Below are positions 50,133 to 59,378 of a DNA stretch of 64,000 nt, one piece after another. The stretch's first letter is position 1. Each line of letters starts with the position of its first letter. The translations under genes and the position numbers were made by a program. Origin of the DNA: Candidatus Melainabacteria bacterium 17Bon1m (lineage in GTDB: Bacteria > Cyanobacteriota > Vampirovibrionia > Obscuribacterales > Obscuribacteraceae); assembly GCA_032128875.1 (NCBI GenBank), contig JAVLKG010000002.1, positions 768,001 through 832,000 of the forward strand, in the 5' to 3' direction. The notes under the pieces are model-generated. The model was not told where the DNA came from. It did not search any database and worked only from the letters and a program-made list of their open reading frames with translations.

Positions 50133-50852
50133 TTGGTTGTGGAAGTCCACTCCAGCGCAGACTGCTGTGGTGGGCACACGCACGAGCAAAAGCGGGACTC
50201 GAAGAACGAAATTATGCAGGAGCCAAAGATGGAAGCTGTGAACCAAACCAAGTCATCCGGATGTTGCGGCGAGAAGGGGCAGAAGCACAGCCACGGGCAT
50301 AATCACAGTCAAGGTCTTAATCACAGTCATGGACACGGCCCTGAAAACGGACGCAACGGTGGCGAACGCAAAGCGCCTGCCGGCGGTACGAGCGTATTTT
50401 CTACAGTCTTGGGTGATGAAGTGGTCGTCACCGCCGAAGAGAGCAAGGCGCACCAGGAGCATCATAAGCGAGTACAGACCACGCTTCTTTTGGACAATCT
50501 TGGCATTTTTGCCTCGACTTTATGCCTCATCCACTGCATGGCGATGCCGTTCTTGATTGCCTTTCTTCCCTTCTTGGGACTGCAGTTTCTCGAAGGAGAG
50601 CTAGCTCACCGCATTATCGCGTTGTTCGTCTTCGGCTTTGCGATCTTTGCTATCGGTCCTGGATACATGCAGCATCGTCGCAAGCAAGTTTTGGTCGCTA
50701 CGATTTTTGGTTTGAGTTTAGTCGCCGGTGCGCTTCTTGTTGCGGGTCCAATCTTTGGTGAGCAATACGAGCTGCCTTTCATCACTACAGGTAACTTGAT
50801 TTTGGTCGTTACACACTTGCGCAACAGGAAGCTTTGCCAATGTGTTCACTAG
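50133..50852 (+). CDS. MerC-domain membrane protein with His/Cys-rich N-terminus
   Basis: LDNLGIFASTLCLIHC, four TMs; CCG and HSHGHNHS tracts. Start uncertain. Confidence 0.8.
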   Translation: MVVEVHSSADCCGGHTHEQKRDSKNEIMQEPKMEAVNQTKSSGCCGEKGQKHSHGHNHSQGLNHSHGHGPENGRNGGERKAPAGGTSVFSTVLGDEVVVTAEESKAHQEHHKRVQTTLLLDNLGIFASTLCLIHCMAMPFLIAFLPFLGLQFLEGELAHRIIALFVFGFAIFAIGPGYMQHRRKQVLVATIFGLSLVAGALLVAGPIFGEQYELPFITTGNLILVVTHLRNRKLCQCVH

Positions 50853-51010
50853 AATATTTGCTGACCAACAGTCACAGCCGTCCGATTTCTGTTGGCTTGT
50901 ACATTAGCGTTCCGCTGCTTTTGCGCAGTCTGGCTATTCGCTATTTCAATTAACTGGAATTTTCAATCAATAGGATATTTTCGCCGCTCGCCTGTCACCA
51001 CCAGTGGTGG

Positions 51011-52147
51011 CTACTCTGCGTCTTTTTTGAGCGCGAGCTTTTTCTTGGTGCTCTGCAATCTATTGATTCCATCGCGATCTGTCATGATCAGTAGTCTATC
51101 GCCGACGGAAAGAATCTTTGAGGGAGGCGGGTTCCAATCGAGTTCGCCGCCTGCTTTCTCGTGCATGAGAACCGTGACTTCGTTTTTGTATCGTACGTCA
51201 TCAATCGTTTCTCCAACGAGTGTGCTGTTCGCTTCCACCGTGAGCTGGTAGGCGTTGATGGTAAGACCTCCGAATTCGAAGGAGTCGATGATGTTTTCAC
51301 TGATCGCCGCTTGAGCAAAGAGGCGTCCTGAGCGTGCGGATGAGCTGTAGACGCCGTGAATCCCGAGACTCTTTTGAACTTTCTTCGCCAGCTTCTGGTC
51401 GAACATCCGAATGATGATTTTGATATCCGGGTTATATTCGCGAGCGGTCAAGGCTGTTTCCAGATTGACCATGTCGTCATTTGTGACGCAGATGACTGCC
51501 TTTGCCTTCGCCAGATTGGCGTTTTCCAGTAAGCGCGTGTCTCGGGCGTCACCAAACAAAACAGGTATGTCACTGCCGGCGACTTCGTGTGCAAAGCGTG
51601 ATTCTTTGTCGGCTTCAATGACGACTATCATCTCGTCGAATTGCTTGAGGTGCTGGACGACCCGCACCCCGACGTTGCCCAAACCACAGATTACGATGTG
51701 GTTTTCGAAATTAGCAGCGAGCATTTTTTGCCACTCCGTTGAGTATCGTTTTCTTTGTATCAAGATGTTGCCGAGGTGCACGACACCCTCAGCGATAACC
51801 AGCAAACCGAGCAAAGGCAGGAAGAAGAAAAGCGGCGCCACTCTCCAGTCGTCCGAATAGTTGAGCGGTGTCTCGAAAAACATCATCAACCAGGTGCAGT
51901 ACGCGGTTTGCAGCCACGACATACTGTGGTGCGGCAGGTCTTCTTTTGGGTAATAAAGGAACAGGAGCGTATTGGAGATCGCGAATGTGGTCACCAAAAG
52001 GTAGAAAAAACCGTGAAACTCCTTCCACAAAACCCGAATGAAAAGTACGAAGCGTTTCGCCTTCTTATTGAGCTCGGAAGATGAAACCGTTGGCACAAAC
52101 ACCGTCGACACTGAAAAATGGGAACTTCTGGGCTTCCTGACCGTCAC
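51011..52147 (-). CDS. Potassium channel-like protein with TrkA-N/TrkA-C (RCK) domains
   Basis: TMs then HIVICGLGNVG, GDAR, TNDDMVNL and a C-terminal RCK_C domain. Confidence 0.87.
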   Translation of the reverse strand: MTVRKPRSSHFSVSTVFVPTVSSSELNKKAKRFVLFIRVLWKEFHGFFYLLVTTFAISNTLLFLYYPKEDLPHHSMSWLQTAYCTWLMMFFETPLNYSDDWRVAPLFFFLPLLGLLVIAEGVVHLGNILIQRKRYSTEWQKMLAANFENHIVICGLGNVGVRVVQHLKQFDEMIVVIEADKESRFAHEVAGSDIPVLFGDARDTRLLENANLAKAKAVICVTNDDMVNLETALTAREYNPDIKIIIRMFDQKLAKKVQKSLGIHGVYSSSARSGRLFAQAAISENIIDSFEFGGLTINAYQLTVEANSTLVGETIDDVRYKNEVTVLMHEKAGGELDWNPPPSKILSVGDRLLIMTDRDGINRLQSTKKKLALKKDAE

Positions 52148-52279
52148 GTTTTTTTGTAAGTATAGCGGACGCCCATTTTAAATTAGCCCATTTTAATTGT
52201 TTCTCGGAATCCTTGAACAGTTTTCAAACTTTACACATGTAAAGTAGCTGGCGTGTTATTATTTTTCGGCTGTTAACTG

Positions 52280-53032
52280 GTGAATCACATGCAAGTCACC
52301 CCTGCCAGTTTATCGTTCAAGGTTAGAACCTTCTCTTTAGTGCTCGCGCTAATGGTGTTTGGTGCACCGCATGTGGTGCTCGCCGCAGATAAAGTTGGTG
52401 TGGCTACTGACGCGGTGAATGTCGCTGCTGATGCAGTTCATGTAGGTGCTGATGCGGTTCGTGTAGGTGCTGATGCAGTTCGGGTAGCACCGCCTGCTCC
52501 AGTTGTCCATGTGATGAACTTCGAGCAAGTCTCTCCCGCTTTGATGCGTGGCGGAGCTCCCTCGGCTCAAGCGTTGAAGGAACTCAAAGCTGCCGGCGTC
52601 AAAACAATCGTCAATTTGCGAGGCGAGGGCGGAGCGTCCAAAAAGGAAGAGCGCGCGGCCAAAGAAATCGGTCTCGATTACTACAACATTCCTATGGGTT
52701 ATACCGAACCCAACTTGGCGAAAGTCTCAAGTGTTCTCGACATTATGCGCGATCCTGCAAAGCAGCCGGTTTATCTGCACTGCATGCACGGCGCTGACAG
52801 AACAGGCATGATGGTCGGCATTAACAGAATACTTTCAGATGGATGGCGATTCGATAAAGTCTATTCGGAAATGCGCGGGCATCACTTCAAGCCGTTTCTC
52901 ATCCCGATGAGACGCACCGTGCAAGCCTTTGCCAACGGAAAATATACATACGTAGAACGGCAAGGTGTAAGCATTGCGGGTGTTTCGCCAAAATCTTCCA
53001 GCGCGAAGATGGCAGCCGAAAAGCCTTTGTAA
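52280..53032 (+). CDS. Secreted dual-specificity/tyrosine phosphatase family protein
   Basis: CX5R motif HCMHGADRTG; signal peptide. Confidence 0.88.
   Translation: MNHMQVTPASLSFKVRTFSLVLALMVFGAPHVVLAADKVGVATDAVNVAADAVHVGADAVRVGADAVRVAPPAPVVHVMNFEQVSPALMRGGAPSAQALKELKAAGVKTIVNLRGEGGASKKEERAAKEIGLDYYNIPMGYTEPNLAKVSSVLDIMRDPAKQPVYLHCMHGADRTGMMVGINRILSDGWRFDKVYSEMRGHHFKPFLIPMRRTVQAFANGKYTYVERQGVSIAGVSPKSSSAKMAAEKPL
52406..52488 (+). repeat. In-frame 21-bp tandem repeat encoding (A/T)DAVxV(G/A) x4
   Basis: GCTGATGC(A/G)GTTC(A/G)TGTAGGT units. Confidence 0.85.
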
Positions 53033-53045
53033 TCTAGCTTTAGGT

Positions 53046-53402
53046 TCAGTTGTTGCCCTTAGCTTTTACGTCGTTCCAAAGTGCTTGTTCGTCGTAAGTG
53101 TCTGCGTTGGACACTTCGTTGGGCCCGAATTCTCGGATAACTGAATTGCGCCTGTTTTGCTCAAGCGACATCATGCCCGGATCTAGGTCATACAGCCTAT
53201 AGAGCGGATCCAGCGAAGTATGCATCTGCGCCAGAATGCTTTCCACTTCCGTGCCAATCAGCTGAAACGCCGCCTTGGCTTGCGGGGTGCTTGCATGTGT
53301 ATCTATATCGTCAGCCAGGCGAACTAAACGGTCGGTTTCCTTGACCAACTTCGTAAGCAGCTGCAGAACAGAAATATCTGTCGTGCGGTTATCTTCGATC
53401 AT
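53046..53402 (-). CDS. Hypothetical helical protein
   Basis: ATG 53402 preceded by GGAGAAGAGGAAG; part of ORF 53046-53564. Confidence 0.6.
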   Translation of the reverse strand: MIEDNRTTDISVLQLLTKLVKETDRLVRLADDIDTHASTPQAKAAFQLIGTEVESILAQMHTSLDPLYRLYDLDPGMMSLEQNRRNSVIREFGPNEVSNADTYDEQALWNDVKAKGNN

Positions 53403-53605
53403 CGGCACTTCCTCTTCTCCTATTAAATCACCTGTGGACAAAGGACAACAGCACTTAATTGAAGTACTGAGAACTTCTCTGAATATTTGACCGGTGCATT
53501 TAATTCTGCGATCATAGCCGCCAGTGAGGCATTTAAGCCGTAACAGGCGGCGTTTGCGCGCCACACTCTATTTGAGCTTGCCCAAGAATTCTTCACGAAT
53601 AACGG

Positions 53606-54631
53606 ATGATTGAATCCACCCATACCGCGGTAAATACGCCCCTCCTTGAAATCCAGGGCTTGAAGACTGTCTTCCCGACTGAAAATGGGTTGGCGGTTGC
53701 TGTTGACGATCTTGGCTTTTCGGTGCAAAAGGGCTCTGTGCTTGGCATCGTCGGCGAGTCCGGCTGCGGCAAGTCAATTACATCGCTTTCTGTGCTTCGG
53801 CTTGTGCCGCCACCGGGACGGATTGTGTCCGGAAAAATACTTTTTGAAGGTCGTGACCTCTTGACCTTGAGTGAGGCGCAGATGCGCACGGTGCGCGGCA
53901 ATCAGATAGCGCTGATCCCGCAAGATCCGATGACATCGCTCAATCCCGTCTATACGGTGGGAGAGCAAATTATGGAGGCGATTGAGCTGCATCAGAAAGT
54001 CGGTAAAAAAGAAGCCAGGCAGCGTGCCATCGAAGTGCTCGATCAGGTTCGTATTCCGCAAGCTGCATCGCGTATTGATGACTATCCGCATCACTTTTCC
54101 GGTGGAATGCGTCAGCGCGTCATGATTGCTATGGCACTGTCCTGCAATCCAAAATTGCTGATTGCGGACGAACCAACTACGGCGCTGGATGTGACTGTGC
54201 AAGCGCAAATCTTGGAACTGCTGCGAACTATTCAGCGCGAACACGGTATGTCGATTCTTTTAATCACTCACGATCTTGGTGTGGTGGCTGAGATGTGCGA
54301 CAACGTTGCGGTGATGTACGCGGGCTCAGTTGTTGAAATGACCGGTGTGAACGAGCTTTTCAAAAACCCCCTTCATCCGTATACGATCGGATTGATGAAT
54401 TCCTTGCCGCGCCCCGGACACAAGCGACTGACACCTATTCAAGGCCAGCCGCCCAGCTTGGTGGATTTACCTAAGGGTTGTCGCTTTGCCGATCGCTGCC
54501 TTTTGGTCGAGCCGAAGAGCCGTGAGGCTGTTCCGCCGCTCGAAGAAAAAGCGCCAGGACATTTTGTCCGCTGCGCAGTTGTTACAGGACCCACTACTGA
54601 CGTTCGACTACTTCCACAAGAGGTGCATTGA
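53606..54631 (+). CDS. oppD: Oligopeptide/dipeptide ABC transporter ATP-binding protein
   Basis: [38 protein letters not shown]. Confidence 0.92.
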   Translation: MIESTHTAVNTPLLEIQGLKTVFPTENGLAVAVDDLGFSVQKGSVLGIVGESGCGKSITSLSVLRLVPPPGRIVSGKILFEGRDLLTLSEAQMRTVRGNQIALIPQDPMTSLNPVYTVGEQIMEAIELHQKVGKKEARQRAIEVLDQVRIPQAASRIDDYPHHFSGGMRQRVMIAMALSCNPKLLIADEPTTALDVTVQAQILELLRTIQREHGMSILLITHDLGVVAEMCDNVAVMYAGSVVEMTGVNELFKNPLHPYTIGLMNSLPRPGHKRLTPIQGQPPSLVDLPKGCRFADRCLLVEPKSREAVPPLEEKAPGHFVRCAVVTGPTTDVRLLPQEVH

Positions 54632-54632
54632 G

Positions 54633-56360
54633 ATGGCCAGCCAGAGCGCGACCAAAACGAAAAAGACAGCCCCGGCACCCGAGAGAAAGAAAGTTATGGC
54701 ACCAAAAGATATTTTCCGCATCCCAACAACCGCGCAAATTAGACGGCTCGAGTCCGACTGGATCGCTAAATGCGATCCCAACTGGGGACAGGTTCTTATG
54801 GAAGTCGCGGGACGCGGTGCGGCCGAAGCTGCCTTTGAAGTTTGGGAGCAACGTAACGAAACGCAGAAGGGCTCAGTCGCTATCTTTTGTGGGCGTGGAA
54901 ATAATGGCGGCGACGGTTTGGTAGTCGCCCGTTACCTGCATCTCTGGGGTGTCCCGGTTCACGTTTGGGTTGTGGGAAACACCAAAGGCCGCGGCGCTCA
55001 AGCAGACCAGGCGATGACAACTGTTGAGAGCAGCACAAATAGAGATATCTTGAAAAAGATGGGCGTCGAAGTGCGTTCGTTTTCTTCCGATCTTTCCTCG
55101 AATTTTTTCGACACGTCTGACGGCAAACAGTTGTCGTCGAGCGTCACGGTAATTGTCGACGCACTCTTAGGAACAGGAATCGATCGAGATGTAGATGCTG
55201 TCTTCATGCATGCCATCGAGATGATCAATGGCAGCGATGCCACTGTTATCGCGGTCGATCTTCCATCCGGCATTCATTCTGATACCGGGCAAGTTATGGG
55301 CGCTGCTGTAAGAGCGCACGCCACTATTACTTTTGGAAACGTAAAACCTGCATTGATCAATCACCCAGGCGCGGAGTATGCCGGCGAACTGCGTGTCATC
55401 GATATTGGATTGCCAGAAGCTGCGCTCGAGAAGCCGACTATTCATTTGACGTCGGTGGAATTGGTAAACGACTTGTTGCCGAAGCGTCCAGCTAATTCGC
55501 ACAAAGGCTCGTTCGGTTATCTTCTCACCATCGCAGGCAGTCTGGGGATGTCCGGCGCGACAATGCTTGCCACCGAGAGTTCTCTCAAGGTTGGAACAGG
55601 CCTATGCGTTTTGGCTACGCCATCATCTCTGGTGCCGCACCTGCCTCCCAAGGAAGTCATCTATCGTCCGATTGCGGAGACAGATGAAACTACAATCGCG
55701 CCGAAAGCACTTTGGGATCTGGAAAAGGACCTTGATAAAGCGACAGCAGTGGTGCTTGGACCAGGACTTTCTACCAATGAAGAAACCGTTTCCTTTGTTC
55801 AGAAGTTCATGTCAAAGGTAATGGATCGCTCCACTGAAGTTCCGTGCTTAATTGATGCCGACGGTCTGAATTGCATTGCTGAAAACACAAAGGTTTTCCC
55901 TGAAGATGCAAAACATATTGTCATAACGCCGCATCCAAAGGAGCTGGCGCGTTTGCTTGATGAATCAACCTCTGAGATTCAAAAGGATCGTATCGCTTCG
56001 GCTACTAAGGCTGCCGCCGAATTCGGCTGCATTGTCGTTCTCAAAGGAGCGCACTCAGTAATTGCAGATCCTGATGGAAACGTCTTTATCAATCCAACCG
56101 GCAACCCAGGAATGTCTACAGCCGGATGCGGTGATGTCCTTTCCGGCATTATCGGCGGACTTTTGGCTCAAGGCGTAGAACCCTTTGATGCTGCAGTTGC
56201 CGGTGTCTATTTGCACGGACGTGCAGGCGACATCGCCGCGCACTCCCTCGGCGAAGCCTCTGTGACCGCCGGAAATATCGTAGAAAGTATCCCCGATGCA
56301 TTGCTGAGCATCCACGACGAACTTGTCAGCGACCTGGAAGCGATGTTCGAGCCCATGTGA
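54633..56360 (+). CDS. nnr: Bifunctional NAD(P)HX epimerase/dehydratase
   Basis: LMEVAG, GRGNNGGDG, DALLGTG, DLPSG, SHKGSFG, TPHPKE, AGCGDVLSG. Confidence 0.95.
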   Translation: MASQSATKTKKTAPAPERKKVMAPKDIFRIPTTAQIRRLESDWIAKCDPNWGQVLMEVAGRGAAEAAFEVWEQRNETQKGSVAIFCGRGNNGGDGLVVARYLHLWGVPVHVWVVGNTKGRGAQADQAMTTVESSTNRDILKKMGVEVRSFSSDLSSNFFDTSDGKQLSSSVTVIVDALLGTGIDRDVDAVFMHAIEMINGSDATVIAVDLPSGIHSDTGQVMGAAVRAHATITFGNVKPALINHPGAEYAGELRVIDIGLPEAALEKPTIHLTSVELVNDLLPKRPANSHKGSFGYLLTIAGSLGMSGATMLATESSLKVGTGLCVLATPSSLVPHLPPKEVIYRPIAETDETTIAPKALWDLEKDLDKATAVVLGPGLSTNEETVSFVQKFMSKVMDRSTEVPCLIDADGLNCIAENTKVFPEDAKHIVITPHPKELARLLDESTSEIQKDRIASATKAAAEFGCIVVLKGAHSVIADPDGNVFINPTGNPGMSTAGCGDVLSGIIGGLLAQGVEPFDAAVAGVYLHGRAGDIAAHSLGEASVTAGNIVESIPDALLSIHDELVSDLEAMFEPM

Positions 56361-56413
56361 GTCGGCAGCACTTTGCAGGGGGCAGAAACTTTTGACCAAG
56401 GCGACTTTCCATT

Positions 56414-56518
56414 AGAAGGTTAATCGTTATCGGTTTACCTTCCAAAAAAAAGAAGTTAAACCGATAACGGTTTTCCTTCCACTGAACCGGAAGTTTATTC
56501 GTTAACGATTAAACTTCT
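56414..56518. repeat. Three tandem 30-bp imperfect palindromes (REP-like)
   Basis: Copies at 56414-56443, 56451-56480 and 56489-56518; approximate consensus RGAAGKTWAAYCGWTAWCGRTTWAMCTTCY. Confidence 0.9.
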
Positions 56519-56540
56519 GCGAAATTGTCGAGCGCCTGGC

Positions 56541-57215
56541 TCAATTTTGGCGAAATTTATAGCCCACACCGTGGACGTTTTCGATATGGGAAGGTTGTCC
56601 TTCAGAGTCGATTTTTCTGCGTAGTCTGAGCACCGATGTTCTGACTGTTTCACCTGACGCACCAGCTTCCGACTTCCATACCAGATTGATGAGCGCGTCT
56701 GTCGAATGAACGACTCCGGGTTTGCGCATAAGCACTTCGAGCAAGGAGAATTCTTGCGGAAACAGTTTTACAAGCTCGCCATTTTTCCAAAGCTCATGTT
56801 TGGCAACATCCAGTTCCAAATCGCCACTGCTGAGAACCTCGCTAACCATTTGCGATGGGCGGCGCATCAATGCTCTTAGCCTTGCAGATAGTTCTCGAAT
56901 CTGGAAAGGTTTTGTCAGATAGTCATCGGCGCCGCCGTCTAGTCCTTGCTCTTTATCAGACATGTCTGATCTGCCTGTGAGCATCAGAATGGGGGTTGTG
57001 CCTCCGCCTTTGCGGAATTCCTTTATCAAATCGATACCGACGCCGTCCGGCAAGCCCCAGTCAAGAACGACAGCGTCATAGGTATAGCTTGAAAGCATGG
57101 CTTTTCCATCGGCATAGGTCGAAACCACGTCTACCTTGTGGTGTTCGTGAGTGAGCCATTTTTCGATAACGTCTGCCTGGTGGTCGTCGTCTTCAACGAC
57201 TAAGATTTTCGTCAT
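56541..57215 (-). CDS. OmpR/PhoB-family response regulator
   Basis: KILVVEDD, LDWGLPD, GADDYLTKPF, winged helix LRRKI...HGVGYK. Confidence 0.95.
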   Translation of the reverse strand: MTKILVVEDDDHQADVIEKWLTHEHHKVDVVSTYADGKAMLSSYTYDAVVLDWGLPDGVGIDLIKEFRKGGGTTPILMLTGRSDMSDKEQGLDGGADDYLTKPFQIRELSARLRALMRRPSQMVSEVLSSGDLELDVAKHELWKNGELVKLFPQEFSLLEVLMRKPGVVHSTDALINLVWKSEAGASGETVRTSVLRLRRKIDSEGQPSHIENVHGVGYKFRQN

Positions 57216-57327
57216 AGCAAGATTGTCAGCATCCGGTATTGGTGACACCTGGCGCCATTTTAGCACTATAATTGGATGCAAAGAAAAGCTGCAAATGAGC
57301 GCCCCGTCTGGCGGCGAGGTTTAAAGA

Positions 57328-59217
57328 GTGAAGTGGAAGCTGACACTAAGGCAAAAGGGTCTGCTCGTCGTTGCATTTTTGCTTGGCTTCGAACTGGTTC
57401 TTCTTGGCGGCTTCAGTTATTTACTGCATGATGCCCAAATGCAAATTGACCGTTTGCAGCATGCTCAGCAAGTCATTTCCAGTTTGCAAAGGCTTTCGAC
57501 TCTGAGAGAAAAGTCTACAAATGGATTGATAGTTCAAATTCAGTTTTACAAAGATCCACCCGGAACACGTCGCTACTACGAGACTTTTCAAAAGCATGTA
57601 GATGGAGTGCCGGGAGAATTAGCGACCCTGCACGAGCTACTCAAAGATGATTCAGTGAATCGGTTCAAAGCGGAGGAACTCGAACGCGTTTGTCGCGCGG
57701 GCATGGATGCAATTCAGGAAGAGCGAAAGATCTACTCGATGAAGGAGTCCCTGCAGGAGAAAATCATCATCGCACGCTTGTCCAGCGTCATGTTTCATGC
57801 ATCACGACTGACAGACAATTTAGTCGACTACTACACGAAAATCGAAAAGGATATTTCGCCAATTGAAGAACAGTCACGCGCGCGCTTGGAGCAAGCGGTA
57901 TGGGCGATTATGGTTCTGAACATTGGACTCGCGATCGCAGTAGGGCAATTATTTGTGCGTGGTATCACAAGACGCCTGGCAGTCCTGACGGAGAACAGTC
58001 ACAAGCTGGCAGCCGGAATACCTCTTAATCCGGCAATGGTTGGATATGACGAAATCGCCGTTCTCGACAATGTTTTCCATCGAATGGCTGGAACTTTGGC
58101 AGAATCTGCAAGGAAAGAGCGCGCGATTATCGAGCATGCCGTTGACGTGATTTGTTCGATTGACTCAGACCTCAAATTTCTCGCTGTAAATCCTGCAGCA
58201 GAGACTGTTCTTGGCTATAAACCAGAAGAGATGATTGGAACGCGTTGCGTCGAATATGTGCTTGCTGAGGAGAAAGAAAAGACGACTGCGGCGCTGAAAA
58301 ATATTATTCGAGATCAAGCCGTTCATCAGCTTGAGACTCGTCTGGTCCAAAAAAATGGCTCTGTGATCGATGTACTTTGGTCTATGCAATGGTCGGCGGA
58401 AGAACATGCGCTGTTTTGTGTTGTCCACGATATTTCCGGAAGCAAGGAAATCGAGCGCATGAAACAAGAGTTCATTTCGATGGTCAGCCATGATCTGCGC
58501 ACGCCACTTTCTGCAATTCAGGGCTCTATTGAGCTTTTCAAAGAAGGCATGTACGACTCCAAGGATGAAGCGGGTAAGAGTGCCCTGCAAAAAATGTATC
58601 TGAGCACTAATCGCCTTTTGAGTCTGGTCAACGATCTTCTCGATATCGAAAAGTTGGAAGCGGGCAAAATGGTCAAAGATTTGAGACGTACTGACCTCAA
58701 TGAAGTGATCAAAAAATCGATTGGTTCAGTCGCAGGATTTGCGGAGGTGCATGAAGTCACTATCTCTTATCGCGAACAAGAGATTTTCGTCCTGGCGGAT
58801 GAAGATCGTCTCGTCCAAGCCGTAGTCAACCTGCTGTCCAATGCAATCAAGTTTTCACGAACTCCGTCAACGGTCTGCGTCGAAACAGAGATCATAAAGG
58901 ACGAAGATTCCGGTGATATTCAGCCTTGCTGTGAAGTGCGCATCGTCGACTTCGGGCGCGGAATCAGCGAAGACAAGGTGAAGTCCCTTTTTCAGCGCTA
59001 TAGCCAAGCAGAGAAAAGCGACAATAAGCGCGGCGTCGGAACAGGCTTGGGGTTAGCAATTTCCAAAGCGATTGTCGAATGTCACAACGGAACAATCGGT
59101 GTCAGTAGCAAAGTGGATGAAGGGTCCACCTTCTGGTTTCGAATTCCTTTGTTTGATGGTCCCGAAAGCCAGTCTGGCTCCAGACCTGTGGCTGTAAAGA
59201 TGCAGTCGGGCAATTAA
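57328..59217 (+). CDS. Membrane sensor histidine kinase (periplasmic sensor-HAMP-PAS-HisKA-HATPase)
   Basis: Two TMs, DEIAVL HAMP, PAS, SHDLRTPL, NLLSNAIKF, GTGLGL. Confidence 0.94.
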   Translation: MKWKLTLRQKGLLVVAFLLGFELVLLGGFSYLLHDAQMQIDRLQHAQQVISSLQRLSTLREKSTNGLIVQIQFYKDPPGTRRYYETFQKHVDGVPGELATLHELLKDDSVNRFKAEELERVCRAGMDAIQEERKIYSMKESLQEKIIIARLSSVMFHASRLTDNLVDYYTKIEKDISPIEEQSRARLEQAVWAIMVLNIGLAIAVGQLFVRGITRRLAVLTENSHKLAAGIPLNPAMVGYDEIAVLDNVFHRMAGTLAESARKERAIIEHAVDVICSIDSDLKFLAVNPAAETVLGYKPEEMIGTRCVEYVLAEEKEKTTAALKNIIRDQAVHQLETRLVQKNGSVIDVLWSMQWSAEEHALFCVVHDISGSKEIERMKQEFISMVSHDLRTPLSAIQGSIELFKEGMYDSKDEAGKSALQKMYLSTNRLLSLVNDLLDIEKLEAGKMVKDLRRTDLNEVIKKSIGSVAGFAEVHEVTISYREQEIFVLADEDRLVQAVVNLLSNAIKFSRTPSTVCVETEIIKDEDSGDIQPCCEVRIVDFGRGISEDKVKSLFQRYSQAEKSDNKRGVGTGLGLAISKAIVECHNGTIGVSSKVDEGSTFWFRIPLFDGPESQSGSRPVAVKMQSGN

Positions 59218-59222
59218 CCGAT

Positions 59223-59252
59223 AGAAGGTTAACCGATAACGATTTACCTTCT
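59223..59252. repeat. Fourth copy of the 30-bp palindrome
   Basis: AGAAGGTTAACCGATAACGATTTACCTTCT immediately after the kinase stop codon. Confidence 0.9.
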
Positions 59253-59262
59253 ATGGCATGGT

Positions 59263-59296
59263 TGTCATTAATTTGTCATTACCGTCGAGATAGATT
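59263..59296 (+). promoter_or_regulatory. OmpR/PhoB-type direct-repeat box plus -10 element
   Basis: TGTCAT-N5-TGTCAT (59263-59279), then 11 bp, then TAGATT. Confidence 0.65.
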
Positions 59297-59378
59297 CAGG
59301 GTACCCCCGGACACATAAAAGCGAGCTACTGGCGCCGGCTAGTGTCGGGCTTTCCCCTTCTAATCAGGCGAGAATGCC

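Noticed and set aside
50133-50852. Mercury resistance operon
   Set aside because: There is no merR/merA/merP, and the context is a Fur/Zur-regulated uptake locus.
56414-56518. CRISPR array
   Set aside because: The spacers are only 7-8 bp, the repeats are degenerate, and there are no cas genes in the window.
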